Shown: positions 7,097 through 16,187 of the stretch, in pieces
Layout: each line of letters starts with the position of its first letter
Numbering within the stretch: the first letter of the stretch is position 1
Origin: a candidate division WOR-3 bacterium UBA2258
Lineage (GTDB): Bacteria; Hydrothermota; Tepidihabitantia; Tepidihabitantales; Tepidihabitantaceae
Direction: 5' to 3'
Assembly: GCA_002347155.1 (NCBI GenBank)
Contig: DDXO01000025.1
Span: 10,853 to 74,852 of the forward strand
DNA length: 64,000 bases
The notes under the pieces: model-generated
Told to the model about the DNA's origin: nothing
Seen by the model: the letters and a program-made list of their open reading frames with translations, nothing else
Databases searched by the model: none
Position numbers and translations under genes: made by a program

Positions 7097-9913
7097 ATGC
7101 CTAAGAAGGTGGCAGTCCTGACAACCATCGTCGCGATGCTCGCCGCGACCGGCTTAGCGAGCACCACGACCACCGCGGCCACACCGGCGCCCGGTCCGGC
7201 GGTGCCGGCGGCGCAGAGGACAAGCCCGGTGCCGGCGATGCAGACATCGGTAACGGGAAACACCGGCCGTCCTATCATCCAATGGGACAAGTTCTACGAT
7301 AGAAACGGCAATCCGCTGCCGGGCGGCCCGCAAGAAGGTGTTGCCCCCGACTCGCTCTACTGGAAGGACTTCAACAGCACCACGTACTTGAAGTCGTCGG
7401 CCAAGGTCCAGAGTCCTTCTCCAGCCAACCGCACTGCGATGTCGTTCCACGACGCCCAGTCCACGGTCTGCATGGACCCGTATGGGAACTATGTCTATGA
7501 GGTAAACGGCACCAATCTGTACCGGTTCAGCACGGTTGACGGCTCGATGACCACGTACACCCTGTCGTACTCGGGCGGGCTGGGATGCGCAACCGACGGT
7601 CAGTACATCTACCGCCCGGACGGGACGACGATGTACAAGTACACGATGACCGGCTCCTACGTCAACTCAACCACGACTGACTACTCTTGCGATGCGTATT
7701 CGGTATCGTGCTGCCGTGATACGGTCTGGTTCACAGACGACCGGTACAACGGAGTGAACATCTACGGCTATGCCTGTTCCAAGTTCACCGGCGGCAGCAT
7801 CACCCACGATGCCACGTGGAACGTCGGCACCGGCACCCTCGGCGTCGGCAACATCGCCTGGGACGGCGAGTACTTCTACCTGGCATGGATCGGCACCAGC
7901 CCCATCACGTTCAAGCGGTTCTACTCGGACAGAACGCTCTATTCGACCGGCACCGTGAGCATCGACCCGCGCAGCGTGATGTGTGCCGTGCCCTACCGAC
8001 GACAGGTGACGCAGGATTCACTCTACTGGAAGAGCTACTACAGCACCTCTCTCATCTACTCATCACCCAAAGCCCAGGATGTGACCCCGGCCCAGGCAAC
8101 TCCTTCTCCCTGGCAGTACGACCAGTCCCTGTCGTGCATGACCCCGGACGGCCACTTCCTTTTCGAGGTATACGGCACGAACCTGCGGCGAACCGACCTC
8201 TGGACCGGCGCGGTGAACAACTACACCCTGGCCGATGCCAGCGGCGGCGCATGTGGAACGGACGGTGAGTACGTCTACATCCCGAAAGGCACGACGACGC
8301 GCAAATACACGCTGGACGGGACCCTGATCAGCACGACCACGACTGACTACGCGCCGTGGGTGGACGCCAGCACCTTCGGCTTCGGAGTTGCCAACGACAC
8401 GGTCTGGCTCACCCCTGCCGAGGATGGCACGACCTGGTACGGCTATACCTGTTCGAAGTTCACCGGCGGCAGCATCACCCACGATGCGACGTGGACCACG
8501 GGCGGCGGCTCCGCTGCTGCTATGAGCGTGACCTACGACGGTCAGTACTACTACATGACCTGGGGCGGCTACGGCTCCAACACGTTCCGGCGTTTCTACC
8601 GTGACCGGACGCTCTTTTCGAGCGGCACCGTCAACCTCGACCCCCGGGGCGTGATGTGCGAGGCGGTGTGTCCGCTGATGATTGTGACTACCGACCTTCA
8701 GACCTACCGGACCGACTTGGCCGAGACCCTCAGGGTCGCGAGCGGCGGGACACTCGACCTTATCGGCACCCTCAGCTTGGACGTGAACGCGACATTCCCG
8801 GCAACCGCGTGGTACAACGACGGGTGCCGCGTGATACTTGAGTTCTCCGGCTCTCCCATTCCCGCCACGCCTGCTCTCATCGGTGACAGCCTGGCCAGGT
8901 TCGTCGACCTCGGCGGACGAGTTGTGACTGCGACGTGGGCCGACCAGATAGGCAACCTTGCCGGCCGCTACGTGGACCAATACATGCCGTTCACGATGCA
9001 GCCTCAGGCTGGCGTCGGGGGCACGATGAGCACGGTGCACAACCCGCTCCATCCGATAATGGACGGAGTGACCGCGCTGGCGGTGGACAACTACTTGACC
9101 GGCAACACGCACACTACACTGCGCAGCCCGAACTGCGTCTGTCTGGCCGAGTGGGACAGCAACAACCGCTCGGTCGCCGCCTACCTGGACAGCGCGGGCG
9201 TGCGGCTGGTATCTGTGGGCTTTGTACCGTTCAAGAATTGGTCCGGAGCCACTGGCCAGTGGGCGAGGCTCCTGGTCAATGCGATTCTCTGGGTCTGGCC
9301 GGGTATGCCAGCCGTCGGCGTAACCGCACCCGACACCGGTGACGTCTGGGTCGTCGGAACATCGCAGGACATCACGTGGACCGCGGCCAACGGGCCGATC
9401 ACCAAGGACTCGATTGTCTACAGCAACGACAACGGCGCGACCTGGAACTTCCTCGACAAGAACACTGGCTCGCGGACCAGCTACACCTGGAACCCGATAC
9501 CCAACACACCGAGCACGGACTGCTACGTCCGGGTATTCACCTGGAACGCAGTCGGGACGGGCTTCGGTACGTCCGGTAAGTTCGAAATCCAAGTGGGTGG
9601 CGGCATCGAACAGCCCGAGAACAACGCCCTGCCGCTCGCCTTCGCCCTGTACCAGCCCTACCCCAACCCGTCGGCTTCAGGCACACAAGTCCGCTACGCC
9701 CTGCCGCGCCCGGCCCGGGTCGAACTGCACGTCTACGACGTGACCGGCGCGCTGGTGCGTCGCCTCGTCGAAGGCACGCAGCCGGCCGGGTACCAGCACG
9801 CCTACTGGAACGGGTGCGACGACCGCGGCCGAGCTGTCGCGCCCGGCGTCTACTACTGCCGCTTCAAGTCTGGCGACTACGTCGCCACGCAGAAACTGGT
9901 CGTGCGCAGATAA
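7097..9913 (+). CDS. Secreted surface protein with T9SS-type C-terminal sorting domain (paralog 1 of 3)
   Basis: Start at ATG 7097 after AAAGGAG, with signal peptide MPKKVAVLTTIVAMLAATGLA. There are two copies of a roughly 230 aa Cys/Trp/Tyr-rich module, then a roughly 200 aa domain shared with paralog 2, then an Ig-like domain. The tail YQPYPNPSASGTQVRYALP...VELHVYDVTGALVRRL...GVYYCRF is typical of Por/T9SS CTDs. Confidence 0.85.
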   Translation: MPKKVAVLTTIVAMLAATGLASTTTTAATPAPGPAVPAAQRTSPVPAMQTSVTGNTGRPIIQWDKFYDRNGNPLPGGPQEGVAPDSLYWKDFNSTTYLKSSAKVQSPSPANRTAMSFHDAQSTVCMDPYGNYVYEVNGTNLYRFSTVDGSMTTYTLSYSGGLGCATDGQYIYRPDGTTMYKYTMTGSYVNSTTTDYSCDAYSVSCCRDTVWFTDDRYNGVNIYGYACSKFTGGSITHDATWNVGTGTLGVGNIAWDGEYFYLAWIGTSPITFKRFYSDRTLYSTGTVSIDPRSVMCAVPYRRQVTQDSLYWKSYYSTSLIYSSPKAQDVTPAQATPSPWQYDQSLSCMTPDGHFLFEVYGTNLRRTDLWTGAVNNYTLADASGGACGTDGEYVYIPKGTTTRKYTLDGTLISTTTTDYAPWVDASTFGFGVANDTVWLTPAEDGTTWYGYTCSKFTGGSITHDATWTTGGGSAAAMSVTYDGQYYYMTWGGYGSNTFRRFYRDRTLFSSGTVNLDPRGVMCEAVCPLMIVTTDLQTYRTDLAETLRVASGGTLDLIGTLSLDVNATFPATAWYNDGCRVILEFSGSPIPATPALIGDSLARFVDLGGRVVTATWADQIGNLAGRYVDQYMPFTMQPQAGVGGTMSTVHNPLHPIMDGVTALAVDNYLTGNTHTTLRSPNCVCLAEWDSNNRSVAAYLDSAGVRLVSVGFVPFKNWSGATGQWARLLVNAILWVWPGMPAVGVTAPDTGDVWVVGTSQDITWTAANGPITKDSIVYSNDNGATWNFLDKNTGSRTSYTWNPIPNTPSTDCYVRVFTWNAVGTGFGTSGKFEIQVGGGIEQPENNALPLAFALYQPYPNPSASGTQVRYALPRPARVELHVYDVTGALVRRLVEGTQPAGYQHAYWNGCDDRGRAVAPGVYYCRFKSGDYVATQKLVVRR

Positions 9914-9937
9914 GCACCGACCGGCAGCCAAATCACA

Positions 9938-9959
9938 GGGGCGGGCTTCGGCCCGCCCC
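9938..9959 (+). terminator. GC-rich stem-loop terminator after paralog 1
   Basis: GGGGCGGGC-TTCG-GCCCGCCCC: perfect 9-bp stem with a TTCG tetraloop, 25 nt after the stop. Confidence 0.6.
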
Positions 9960-10035
9960 GCCTTCATCCACACTCAACCCTCCACCTCCGGTATTGCACA
10001 TTGCACATTCCACGTTCTTTTCACGTAGTCAGACC

Positions 10036-10064
10036 TTGACAGACAGGGAAGACGGATGTCTAAT
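10036..10064 (+). promoter_or_regulatory. sigma70-type promoter of surface-protein paralog 2
   Basis: TTGACA, 17 nt spacer, TCTAAT. This is a duplicated cassette. Confidence 0.65.
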
Positions 10065-10181
10065 GAAGTTGATAAGACTCGGCGGTCATGGCCCAATGTC
10101 CGCACTCCGGCATCCGGCTGCAAGGGAGGCCGGCCGGATGCCACAGAAGCAGTGACGCCTCCCGCCAACGAAGGAGAACAG

Positions 10182-11564
10182 ATGCGCATGCGCCAGAAGG
10201 TGGTAGTTCTGACAGCTCTTATCGCGATGTTGTCGGGCGTGAACCATGCGAACACCAGCCCAGCGATTGGTGACGCCCGAAACGTGAAAGGCAGGGGTTG
10301 CGGCAGCAAAGTCATGGTATGCCATGCCGCGTTCTATCGCGACACGGTCGCAACCCTGTGCCAGATGCTTGTCGACTCATCCGACGGCAGGTTCACCTCG
10401 GCCGACACATACTACATCGGCAGCGGCGGGCACACCACCTTCCCGGTTACTGACTGGTACAACCAGGGCTGTCGGGCGATCCTGGCGTTCACGGAATACC
10501 CTCCGGCGGATACGACCGCGCTCGGCGACAGCCTTGGCCGCTTCATCCAACTGGGCGGTGGCGTGGTTGAGGCGGTGTTCGCGGACTGCACCCCCAATCA
10601 AATCAAGGGAGCCTGGCGCTCAACGTATGCTCCTTTCAGGGTCTCGTCACCATCCGGCACTCCGGGCTCAATGGGCACGGTCCGCCAGCCTTTCCACCCG
10701 ATGATGTCGGGCGTATCCGCAATCAGCGTGGGCGGCTTCCGCACCGGGAACAACAACGGCTCGCTCCGTGGCCCCAACTGCGTCAGCCTGGCCGAGTACA
10801 CAGATGCCGGGCTCTGCCTCGCCGCATGCTTCGACAGCGCCGGCGGGCGCGCCGCCTCCCTCGGCCTGTTCCCGCTGACCTACTGGCAGTCATCCGCCTC
10901 CGGCCAGTGGTGCCGGCTGATCGTGAACGCGCTGGACTGGACTGCGGTCGGGCCGAGCGTGGGCGTAACCGTGCCCAACGGCGGTGAGACCTGGCACGCC
11001 GACTCGGTCTACAACATCACCTGGACCCAGACCGACAACGGAGTCAAGGACTCGATATACTACTCGACCAACGGCGGATCGAGCTGGACCGGCGTGGCCT
11101 TTCTCGCCACGCCGCCGGCCCCGCTCCAGTACGCCTGGACCGTACCGGCCACCCCGACCACGCGGGCCCGGGTCAAGGTTGTAACCTGGAACGAAGACGA
11201 CGGCAGAGTCGAGGACGCAAGTAACGCCAACTTCACCATCGGGTCGTCCGGCGGCATCGAACAGCCCGAGAACAAAGCCCTGCCGCTCGCAATCGCCCTG
11301 TACCAGCCCTACCCCAATCCGCTCGCAACCGGTACCCAGCTACGCTACGCACTGCCGCTCCAGGCCCGGGTCGAACTCCACGTCTACGACGTGACCGGCG
11401 CGATGGTGCGTCGCCTCGTGGAAGGCACGCAGCCGGCCGGGTACCAGCGCGCCTACTGGAACGGCTGCGACGACCGCGGCCGGACTGCCGCGCCCGGCGT
11501 CTACTACTGCCGCTTCAAGGCCGGCGACTTCCAGGCAACGCAGAAACTGGTCATGCACAGATAA
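10182..11564 (+). CDS. Secreted surface protein with T9SS-type C-terminal sorting domain (short paralog 2 of 3)
   Basis: ATG 10182 after GAAGGAG, with signal peptide MRMRQKVVVLTALIAMLSG. It lacks the duplicated N-terminal modules but shares the central domain, the Ig-like domain and the CTD with paralogs 1 and 3. Confidence 0.85.
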   Translation: MRMRQKVVVLTALIAMLSGVNHANTSPAIGDARNVKGRGCGSKVMVCHAAFYRDTVATLCQMLVDSSDGRFTSADTYYIGSGGHTTFPVTDWYNQGCRAILAFTEYPPADTTALGDSLGRFIQLGGGVVEAVFADCTPNQIKGAWRSTYAPFRVSSPSGTPGSMGTVRQPFHPMMSGVSAISVGGFRTGNNNGSLRGPNCVSLAEYTDAGLCLAACFDSAGGRAASLGLFPLTYWQSSASGQWCRLIVNALDWTAVGPSVGVTVPNGGETWHADSVYNITWTQTDNGVKDSIYYSTNGGSSWTGVAFLATPPAPLQYAWTVPATPTTRARVKVVTWNEDDGRVEDASNANFTIGSSGGIEQPENKALPLAIALYQPYPNPLATGTQLRYALPLQARVELHVYDVTGAMVRRLVEGTQPAGYQRAYWNGCDDRGRTAAPGVYYCRFKAGDFQATQKLVMHR

Positions 11565-11587
11565 ACACAGACCGGCAGCCAAATCAC

Positions 11588-11609
11588 GGGGCGGGCTTCG
11601 GCCCGCCCC
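11588..11609 (+). terminator. GC-rich stem-loop terminator after paralog 2
   Basis: The same GGGGCGGGC-TTCG-GCCCGCCCC hairpin, followed by GCTTTCGC. Confidence 0.6.
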
Positions 11610-11678
11610 GCTTTCGCTCACACTCTACCCTCCACCTACGGTATTGCACATTCCACGTTCTTTTAACGTAGTCAGACC

Positions 11679-11707
11679 TTGACAGACAGGGAAGACGGAT
11701 GTCTAAT
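11679..11707 (+). promoter_or_regulatory. sigma70-type promoter of surface-protein paralog 3
   Basis: TTGACA, 17 nt spacer, TCTAAT. This is a duplicated cassette. Confidence 0.65.
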
Positions 11708-11823
11708 GAAGTTGGTAAGACCCGTTTGTCATGGCCCAATGTTCGCTCTTCGGCATCCGGCTGCAATGGAGGCCAGCCGGGTGCAGCGGCAGGCGTGACG
11801 CCTCCAGACACTAAGGAGGATAG

Positions 11824-14637
11824 ATGCAAGAGAAGGTGGTAGTTCTGGCAGTCCTGGTCACGATGCTGGCGACGTTCGGCTTCGCGACCACCAACAACCT
11901 GATCCCGGTGCCGGCTCTCGACCCGGTCACCCGGCCCGCCCGGCCGCCCGCGGTCCGGATCCCGGACCACGACAACACGTCTCGTCCGGTCGTTCACTGG
12001 GACAGGTTCTATGACACAAACGGCAACCCCGTGTCCACCGACCCGCAGGACAACGTCGGCGCTGACTCCCTCTTCTTCAAGCGGTACAGCGTGACCGACA
12101 CCCTTTATGGCTGCCCCAAGTCGCAGGTCCCGAACCCGTCACCGACGGCCTGCCGTACCGGATTTGCGTTTCTCGATGGTCAGACCCGGATCGGCATGGA
12201 CCCGGCCGGGACCTATCTCTACGAAGTGAACGGAACCTCGCTGTGCCGACACAACACCAGCACTGGGACCTACGTGTACTTCACTATCACCAACGGCAAC
12301 TCCGCCTGCCGCACCGACGGCAACTACCTGTACGTACCGGTAGGCGACGTCGTCTACCGTTACACCCTGACAGGTAGCCTGGTCAGCCAGACAACGCTCA
12401 ATATCACTCCCAATCAATGGAACTTCTCGCTCGCCAACGACACGGTATGGTGTGGCACCGACTCCATACTCCACGGCTACGCCTGCTCGAGATTCACCGG
12501 TGGCTCGATATCTGAAGACGCCACATGGAACGTCGGTACCGGCAGTTCTGCCCCCGCGTTTGTGACCTGGGACGGGCAGTACTACTACGTTGCCTGGAGC
12601 GGCTTCAGCAGCAACACATTCAAGCGGTTCAACGCCAATCGGACCCTGTCAGCCAGCGGTACAGTGAGCACCGATCCGCGCGGCTTGATGTGCACGGTCC
12701 GAGGCACGCGGCCGACGACGCAGGACTCACTCTACTGGAAGCTCTTCTCCAGCGCGACCAACCTCTACTCGTCGCCCAAAGCCGAGAGCGTGACTGCGGC
12801 CCAGCCGACGCCGTTTGCCTGGCAGTACACTCAGGCCGTGTCGTGCATGACCCCGGACGGCCACTACGTGTTCGAGGTGAACGGGACCAACATGCGGCGC
12901 ACCGACCTCATGACCGGCGCGGTGAACAACTACACCCTTGCCGATGCCAGCGGCGGTGCATGCGGAACTGACGGCGAGTACGTCTACGTCCCAAATGGGA
13001 CCACAACTCGGAAGTACTCCCTTACCGGGACGCTGGTTAGCTCTACCACGACTGACTACGCGCCGGCGGTCGGGGTCAGCACGTTCTGCTTCGGCGTTGC
13101 GAACGACACGGTCTGGATTTCACCCACCCTCCCCGGCGCGACCTGGTACGGCTACGCCTGCTCGAAGTTCACCGGCGGCAGTATCACGCACGATGCGACC
13201 TGGTCTACGGGCGGTGTGCAAAACTCAGCGATGACCGTTACCTGGGACGGCCGGCACTACTACATGGTCTGGGGCGGACAAGGCACCAACACGTTCAAGC
13301 GCTTCTACCGCGACCGGACCCTCTTCTCCGACGGAACCGTGACCGGCGACGCCCGGAGCGTCATGTGCAGGAAGGGCGACTACGCGGTGATGGTCTGTCA
13401 CGGCGAACCGGATACCGCGAACGTAACGAGTTTCCGACAACTGCTGGTTGACTCCGGCGGAACGAGGTTCGCCGCTGTTGATACCTACGACATCAGTACA
13501 GGCGGGCACGCCGCCTTCCCGGCGACTGACTGGTACAACCAGGGCTATCGGGCAATACTGACGTTCACCAACGATAACCCCGCGGATTCGGCCGCCCTGG
13601 GCGACAGCCTCGCCCGTTTCGTCCAACTAGGTGGCGGCGTGGTCGAGGCCGTGTTCGCCGACCAGACCGACAACTGCATCACGGGCGACTGGCGCTCCGG
13701 CTTCGCTCCGTTCACCGTACAGAGCACAGAGTATTCCGCAGGCTCGATGGGCACGGTCCACCAGCCGCTCCACCCGATCATGTCGGGAGTCACCGAACTC
13801 GCAACCGACAACTACCGCACGGGCAACACCCCCGGCACCCTGCGCAGCCCCAACTGCATCAGCCTAGCCGAGTACACGGACGCCAATCGCTGCCTCGCCA
13901 CGTGCTTCGACAGCGCCGGCCGGCGCGCTGCCTCCCTCGGCATGTTCCCGCTCACCTACTGCTACACGACGATTACCGGACAGTGGCTGCGCCTGCTGGT
14001 GAACGCCATCAACTGGGTCGCGGTCGGGCCCAGCATCGGCGTAACCGCGCCCAACGGCGGTGAAACCTGGAACGGCGGCTCGGTTCACAATATCACTTGG
14101 ACCCAGACCGACAACGGGGTCAGTGACTCAATCTACTACTCGACCGACGGAGGCGCGAGCTGGATCGGCGTGGCCCACTACCCCACGCCGCCCGACCCCC
14201 TCCAACACGCCTGGACCGTACCAAACACCCCGACGACCCAGGGCAGGGTCAAAGTCGTGACCTGGGATGAGAACGGCGGCCGGGTCGAGGACATAAGTGA
14301 CGCCGACTTCACCATCCCGGCGGTCGGCATCGAGCAACCCCGGAAGGACGCCCTGCCGCTCGCCTTCGCTCTATTCCAACCCTACCCCAACCCGTCAGCC
14401 TCAGGCGCACAAGTCCGCTACGCCCTGCCGCGCCCGGCCCGGGTCGAACTCCACGTCTACGACGTGACCGGCGCGCTGGTGCGTCGCCTCGTGGAAAGCA
14501 CGCAGCCAGCCGGGTACCGACGAGCCTACTGGAACGGCTGCGACGACCGCGGCCGGACTGCCGCGCCCGGCGTCTACTACTGCCGCTTCAAGGCGGGCGA
14601 CTTCCAGACCACGCAGAAGATGGTCGTGCGCAGATAG
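11824..14637 (+). CDS. Secreted surface protein with T9SS-type C-terminal sorting domain (paralog 3 of 3)
   Basis: 937 aa with the same architecture as paralog 1. TAAGGAGG SD, signal peptide and a conserved CTD. Confidence 0.85.
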   Translation: MQEKVVVLAVLVTMLATFGFATTNNLIPVPALDPVTRPARPPAVRIPDHDNTSRPVVHWDRFYDTNGNPVSTDPQDNVGADSLFFKRYSVTDTLYGCPKSQVPNPSPTACRTGFAFLDGQTRIGMDPAGTYLYEVNGTSLCRHNTSTGTYVYFTITNGNSACRTDGNYLYVPVGDVVYRYTLTGSLVSQTTLNITPNQWNFSLANDTVWCGTDSILHGYACSRFTGGSISEDATWNVGTGSSAPAFVTWDGQYYYVAWSGFSSNTFKRFNANRTLSASGTVSTDPRGLMCTVRGTRPTTQDSLYWKLFSSATNLYSSPKAESVTAAQPTPFAWQYTQAVSCMTPDGHYVFEVNGTNMRRTDLMTGAVNNYTLADASGGACGTDGEYVYVPNGTTTRKYSLTGTLVSSTTTDYAPAVGVSTFCFGVANDTVWISPTLPGATWYGYACSKFTGGSITHDATWSTGGVQNSAMTVTWDGRHYYMVWGGQGTNTFKRFYRDRTLFSDGTVTGDARSVMCRKGDYAVMVCHGEPDTANVTSFRQLLVDSGGTRFAAVDTYDISTGGHAAFPATDWYNQGYRAILTFTNDNPADSAALGDSLARFVQLGGGVVEAVFADQTDNCITGDWRSGFAPFTVQSTEYSAGSMGTVHQPLHPIMSGVTELATDNYRTGNTPGTLRSPNCISLAEYTDANRCLATCFDSAGRRAASLGMFPLTYCYTTITGQWLRLLVNAINWVAVGPSIGVTAPNGGETWNGGSVHNITWTQTDNGVSDSIYYSTDGGASWIGVAHYPTPPDPLQHAWTVPNTPTTQGRVKVVTWDENGGRVEDISDADFTIPAVGIEQPRKDALPLAFALFQPYPNPSASGAQVRYALPRPARVELHVYDVTGALVRRLVESTQPAGYRRAYWNGCDDRGRTAAPGVYYCRFKAGDFQTTQKMVVRR

Positions 14638-14660
14638 CCGCCGACCGGCACTCAAATCAC

Positions 14661-14682
14661 GGGGCGGGCTTCGGCCCGCCCC
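14661..14682 (+). terminator. GC-rich stem-loop terminator after paralog 3
   Basis: GGGGCGGGC-TTCG-GCCCGCCCC followed by GCTTTCTT. Confidence 0.65.
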
Positions 14683-15358
14683 GCTTTCTTGCCGAACCTG
14701 ACTTGGCGGAAGTATCGAAGGAAGGCGAGTCAGCGAGGCTTTCTTGCGGAGCGACCGCAACCTCAGCCCAGGCTTTTTGGTCATCGGCAAGTCGTCAGCT
14801 TTCGGGGTCAACCATCGCCTCTAAATATGTAGTATACTACATTCTCCCGCGCCCGCCGGTTCTTGTCTTAACTTCCGTATTCTCAATTCACTATTCACCG
14901 TTGCCTTCCCGCCCCCTCCTATGCCTCCCGCGCAGCTTCCCTTGTTTCCTCCGAAGCAGCAATCCGAGGAACTTCCCGAGGTACGACGGCAGCTACCTCT
15001 TCAACCATTTGCACCGCTATCTCGTCCGCTACCTTCCGAGTTGCGGTGCAGGCTCCTTGTTCGGTTCCTTGCCGAACGACAATCATCGCTACTTCCCACG
15101 GTCAATCCTGAGCCCCAGTCCACGTTCCCGTCCAAGCACCTTCCCAAACTCCTCTGCAGGCAACATGCCGAGCTGCCTAGCGAGCAGAAAGGAGAGCCGC
15201 GGCGCAAAATGCACGGCCCCCGCAAGTCGACACCGAAGCAGGTCAGGAGCTGGCGGCCATCCGGCATCTCACGTTGAAGACCGCAGATTGGCCGCGGCTT
15301 GACTCAGGGCAGCGGGATTCTAGACTGTGCGCAGCGTCCGCTGACCCAAGGAGGAACC

Positions 15359-16120
15359 TTGAACCGCTACCTGACCGTGCTGCTCTTCTGTGCTCCGCTT
15401 ATGGCCGGATGTGTTGTCTACAATGTCCAGGCCGACCGGCCGGAAACGAAGACTTGGCCTGTGGCCGGCGTCACGGCGATTGACGTTCGGGCCGACAATG
15501 GTGCCATCACCGTCCGCGCCAAGGCCGACACCATCGTGTCCGCCACGGTCACCAAGAGCTGCAAGGGCACGAACCACGCCGACGCGGAAGCTCATCTCGC
15601 CGATATCACGACCGGTGACTCGGTCTCCGGAACGACTCTCTACCTCTGGGGCAGAGTCCCGACTCCGAACACGCGCAGCTACAACACGGAATACTCCGTC
15701 TCCGCCCCGGCCGCCACCCTGCTCCGCATCGAAACCGCGAACGGCGCGGTCAACCTGGACAGCATGTCCGGCGCCGCCGCGGTCGTCGCTGCCAACGGCG
15801 CAGTGTCAACCATCGCTCACTCCGGCAGCATCAGTGTAGAGGCTGCCAACGGCGCCATCGACTGCGACGTGGCCGGGCTGGATACTGCCGAGGCCGCCGC
15901 CCTGCATTCGTCCAACGGACGCGTGACCCTCTATCTGCCCGCCGATGCTTCAATCGCCTTCGACATCAACACGAGCAACGGCAGCGCCAACATCGCGGGC
16001 TTCAGCAGCGTGAACTACTCGGTCAACGAGGCCAAGCGCAAGGTCGGCACCATCGGTACCGGCGCGGCGGCCGTGTCGCTCCGCTCCGAAAACGGGAACG
16101 TGACGATTCAGGCGAAGTAG
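15359..16120 (+). CDS. DUF4097-type beta-strand repeat lipoprotein (putative adhesin)
   Basis: TTG 15359 after AAGGAGG, with lipobox LMAGC. Repeated NG(A/R)(I/V) strand motifs are present (ADNGAITV, ETANGAVNL, AANGAVST, AANGAIDC, SSNGRVTL, TSNGSANI, SENGNVTI). Confidence 0.75.
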   Translation: MNRYLTVLLFCAPLMAGCVVYNVQADRPETKTWPVAGVTAIDVRADNGAITVRAKADTIVSATVTKSCKGTNHADAEAHLADITTGDSVSGTTLYLWGRVPTPNTRSYNTEYSVSAPAATLLRIETANGAVNLDSMSGAAAVVAANGAVSTIAHSGSISVEAANGAIDCDVAGLDTAEAAALHSSNGRVTLYLPADASIAFDINTSNGSANIAGFSSVNYSVNEAKRKVGTIGTGAAAVSLRSENGNVTIQAK

Positions 16121-16187
16121 CCGCCGGCGGCGGCGAGTGACCAGGTAGCAGTTCGCAGGTTGCAGGTGCCGGACGCGGCCGAGCGAG

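Noticed and set aside
8063-9592. Very long antisense ORFs. Examples: 8063-9592 (509 aa), 30401-31954 (517 aa), 33280-34572 (430 aa), 49701-51014 (437 aa), 56013-57161 (382 aa), 5509-6393, 51659-52765.
   Set aside because: They lie opposite genes with clear homology. They are Arg/Gly/Ala/Pro-rich as expected for stop-poor shadow frames in high-GC DNA, and they have no motifs or SDs.
14850-15230. Possible RNase P RNA or tmRNA in the gene-free tract (AGACAAGAACCGGCGGG on the minus strand resembles the ACAGAACCCGGCUUA P4 strand).
   Set aside because: The other universal RNase P blocks (GAGGAAAGUCCGGGC, GGUAAGAGC, GGGUGAAA) are absent. There is no tmRNA 5' GGGG / 3' CCACCA pairing.
14703-15302. 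ORFs 14703-15302 (199 aa), 14921-15277 (118 aa) and 15001-15267 (88 aa, minus strand).
   Set aside because: Low-complexity Pro/Ser/Arg/Leu composition driven by the CTTCC word repeats. GC is lower than in the coding regions, and there is no SD or homology.
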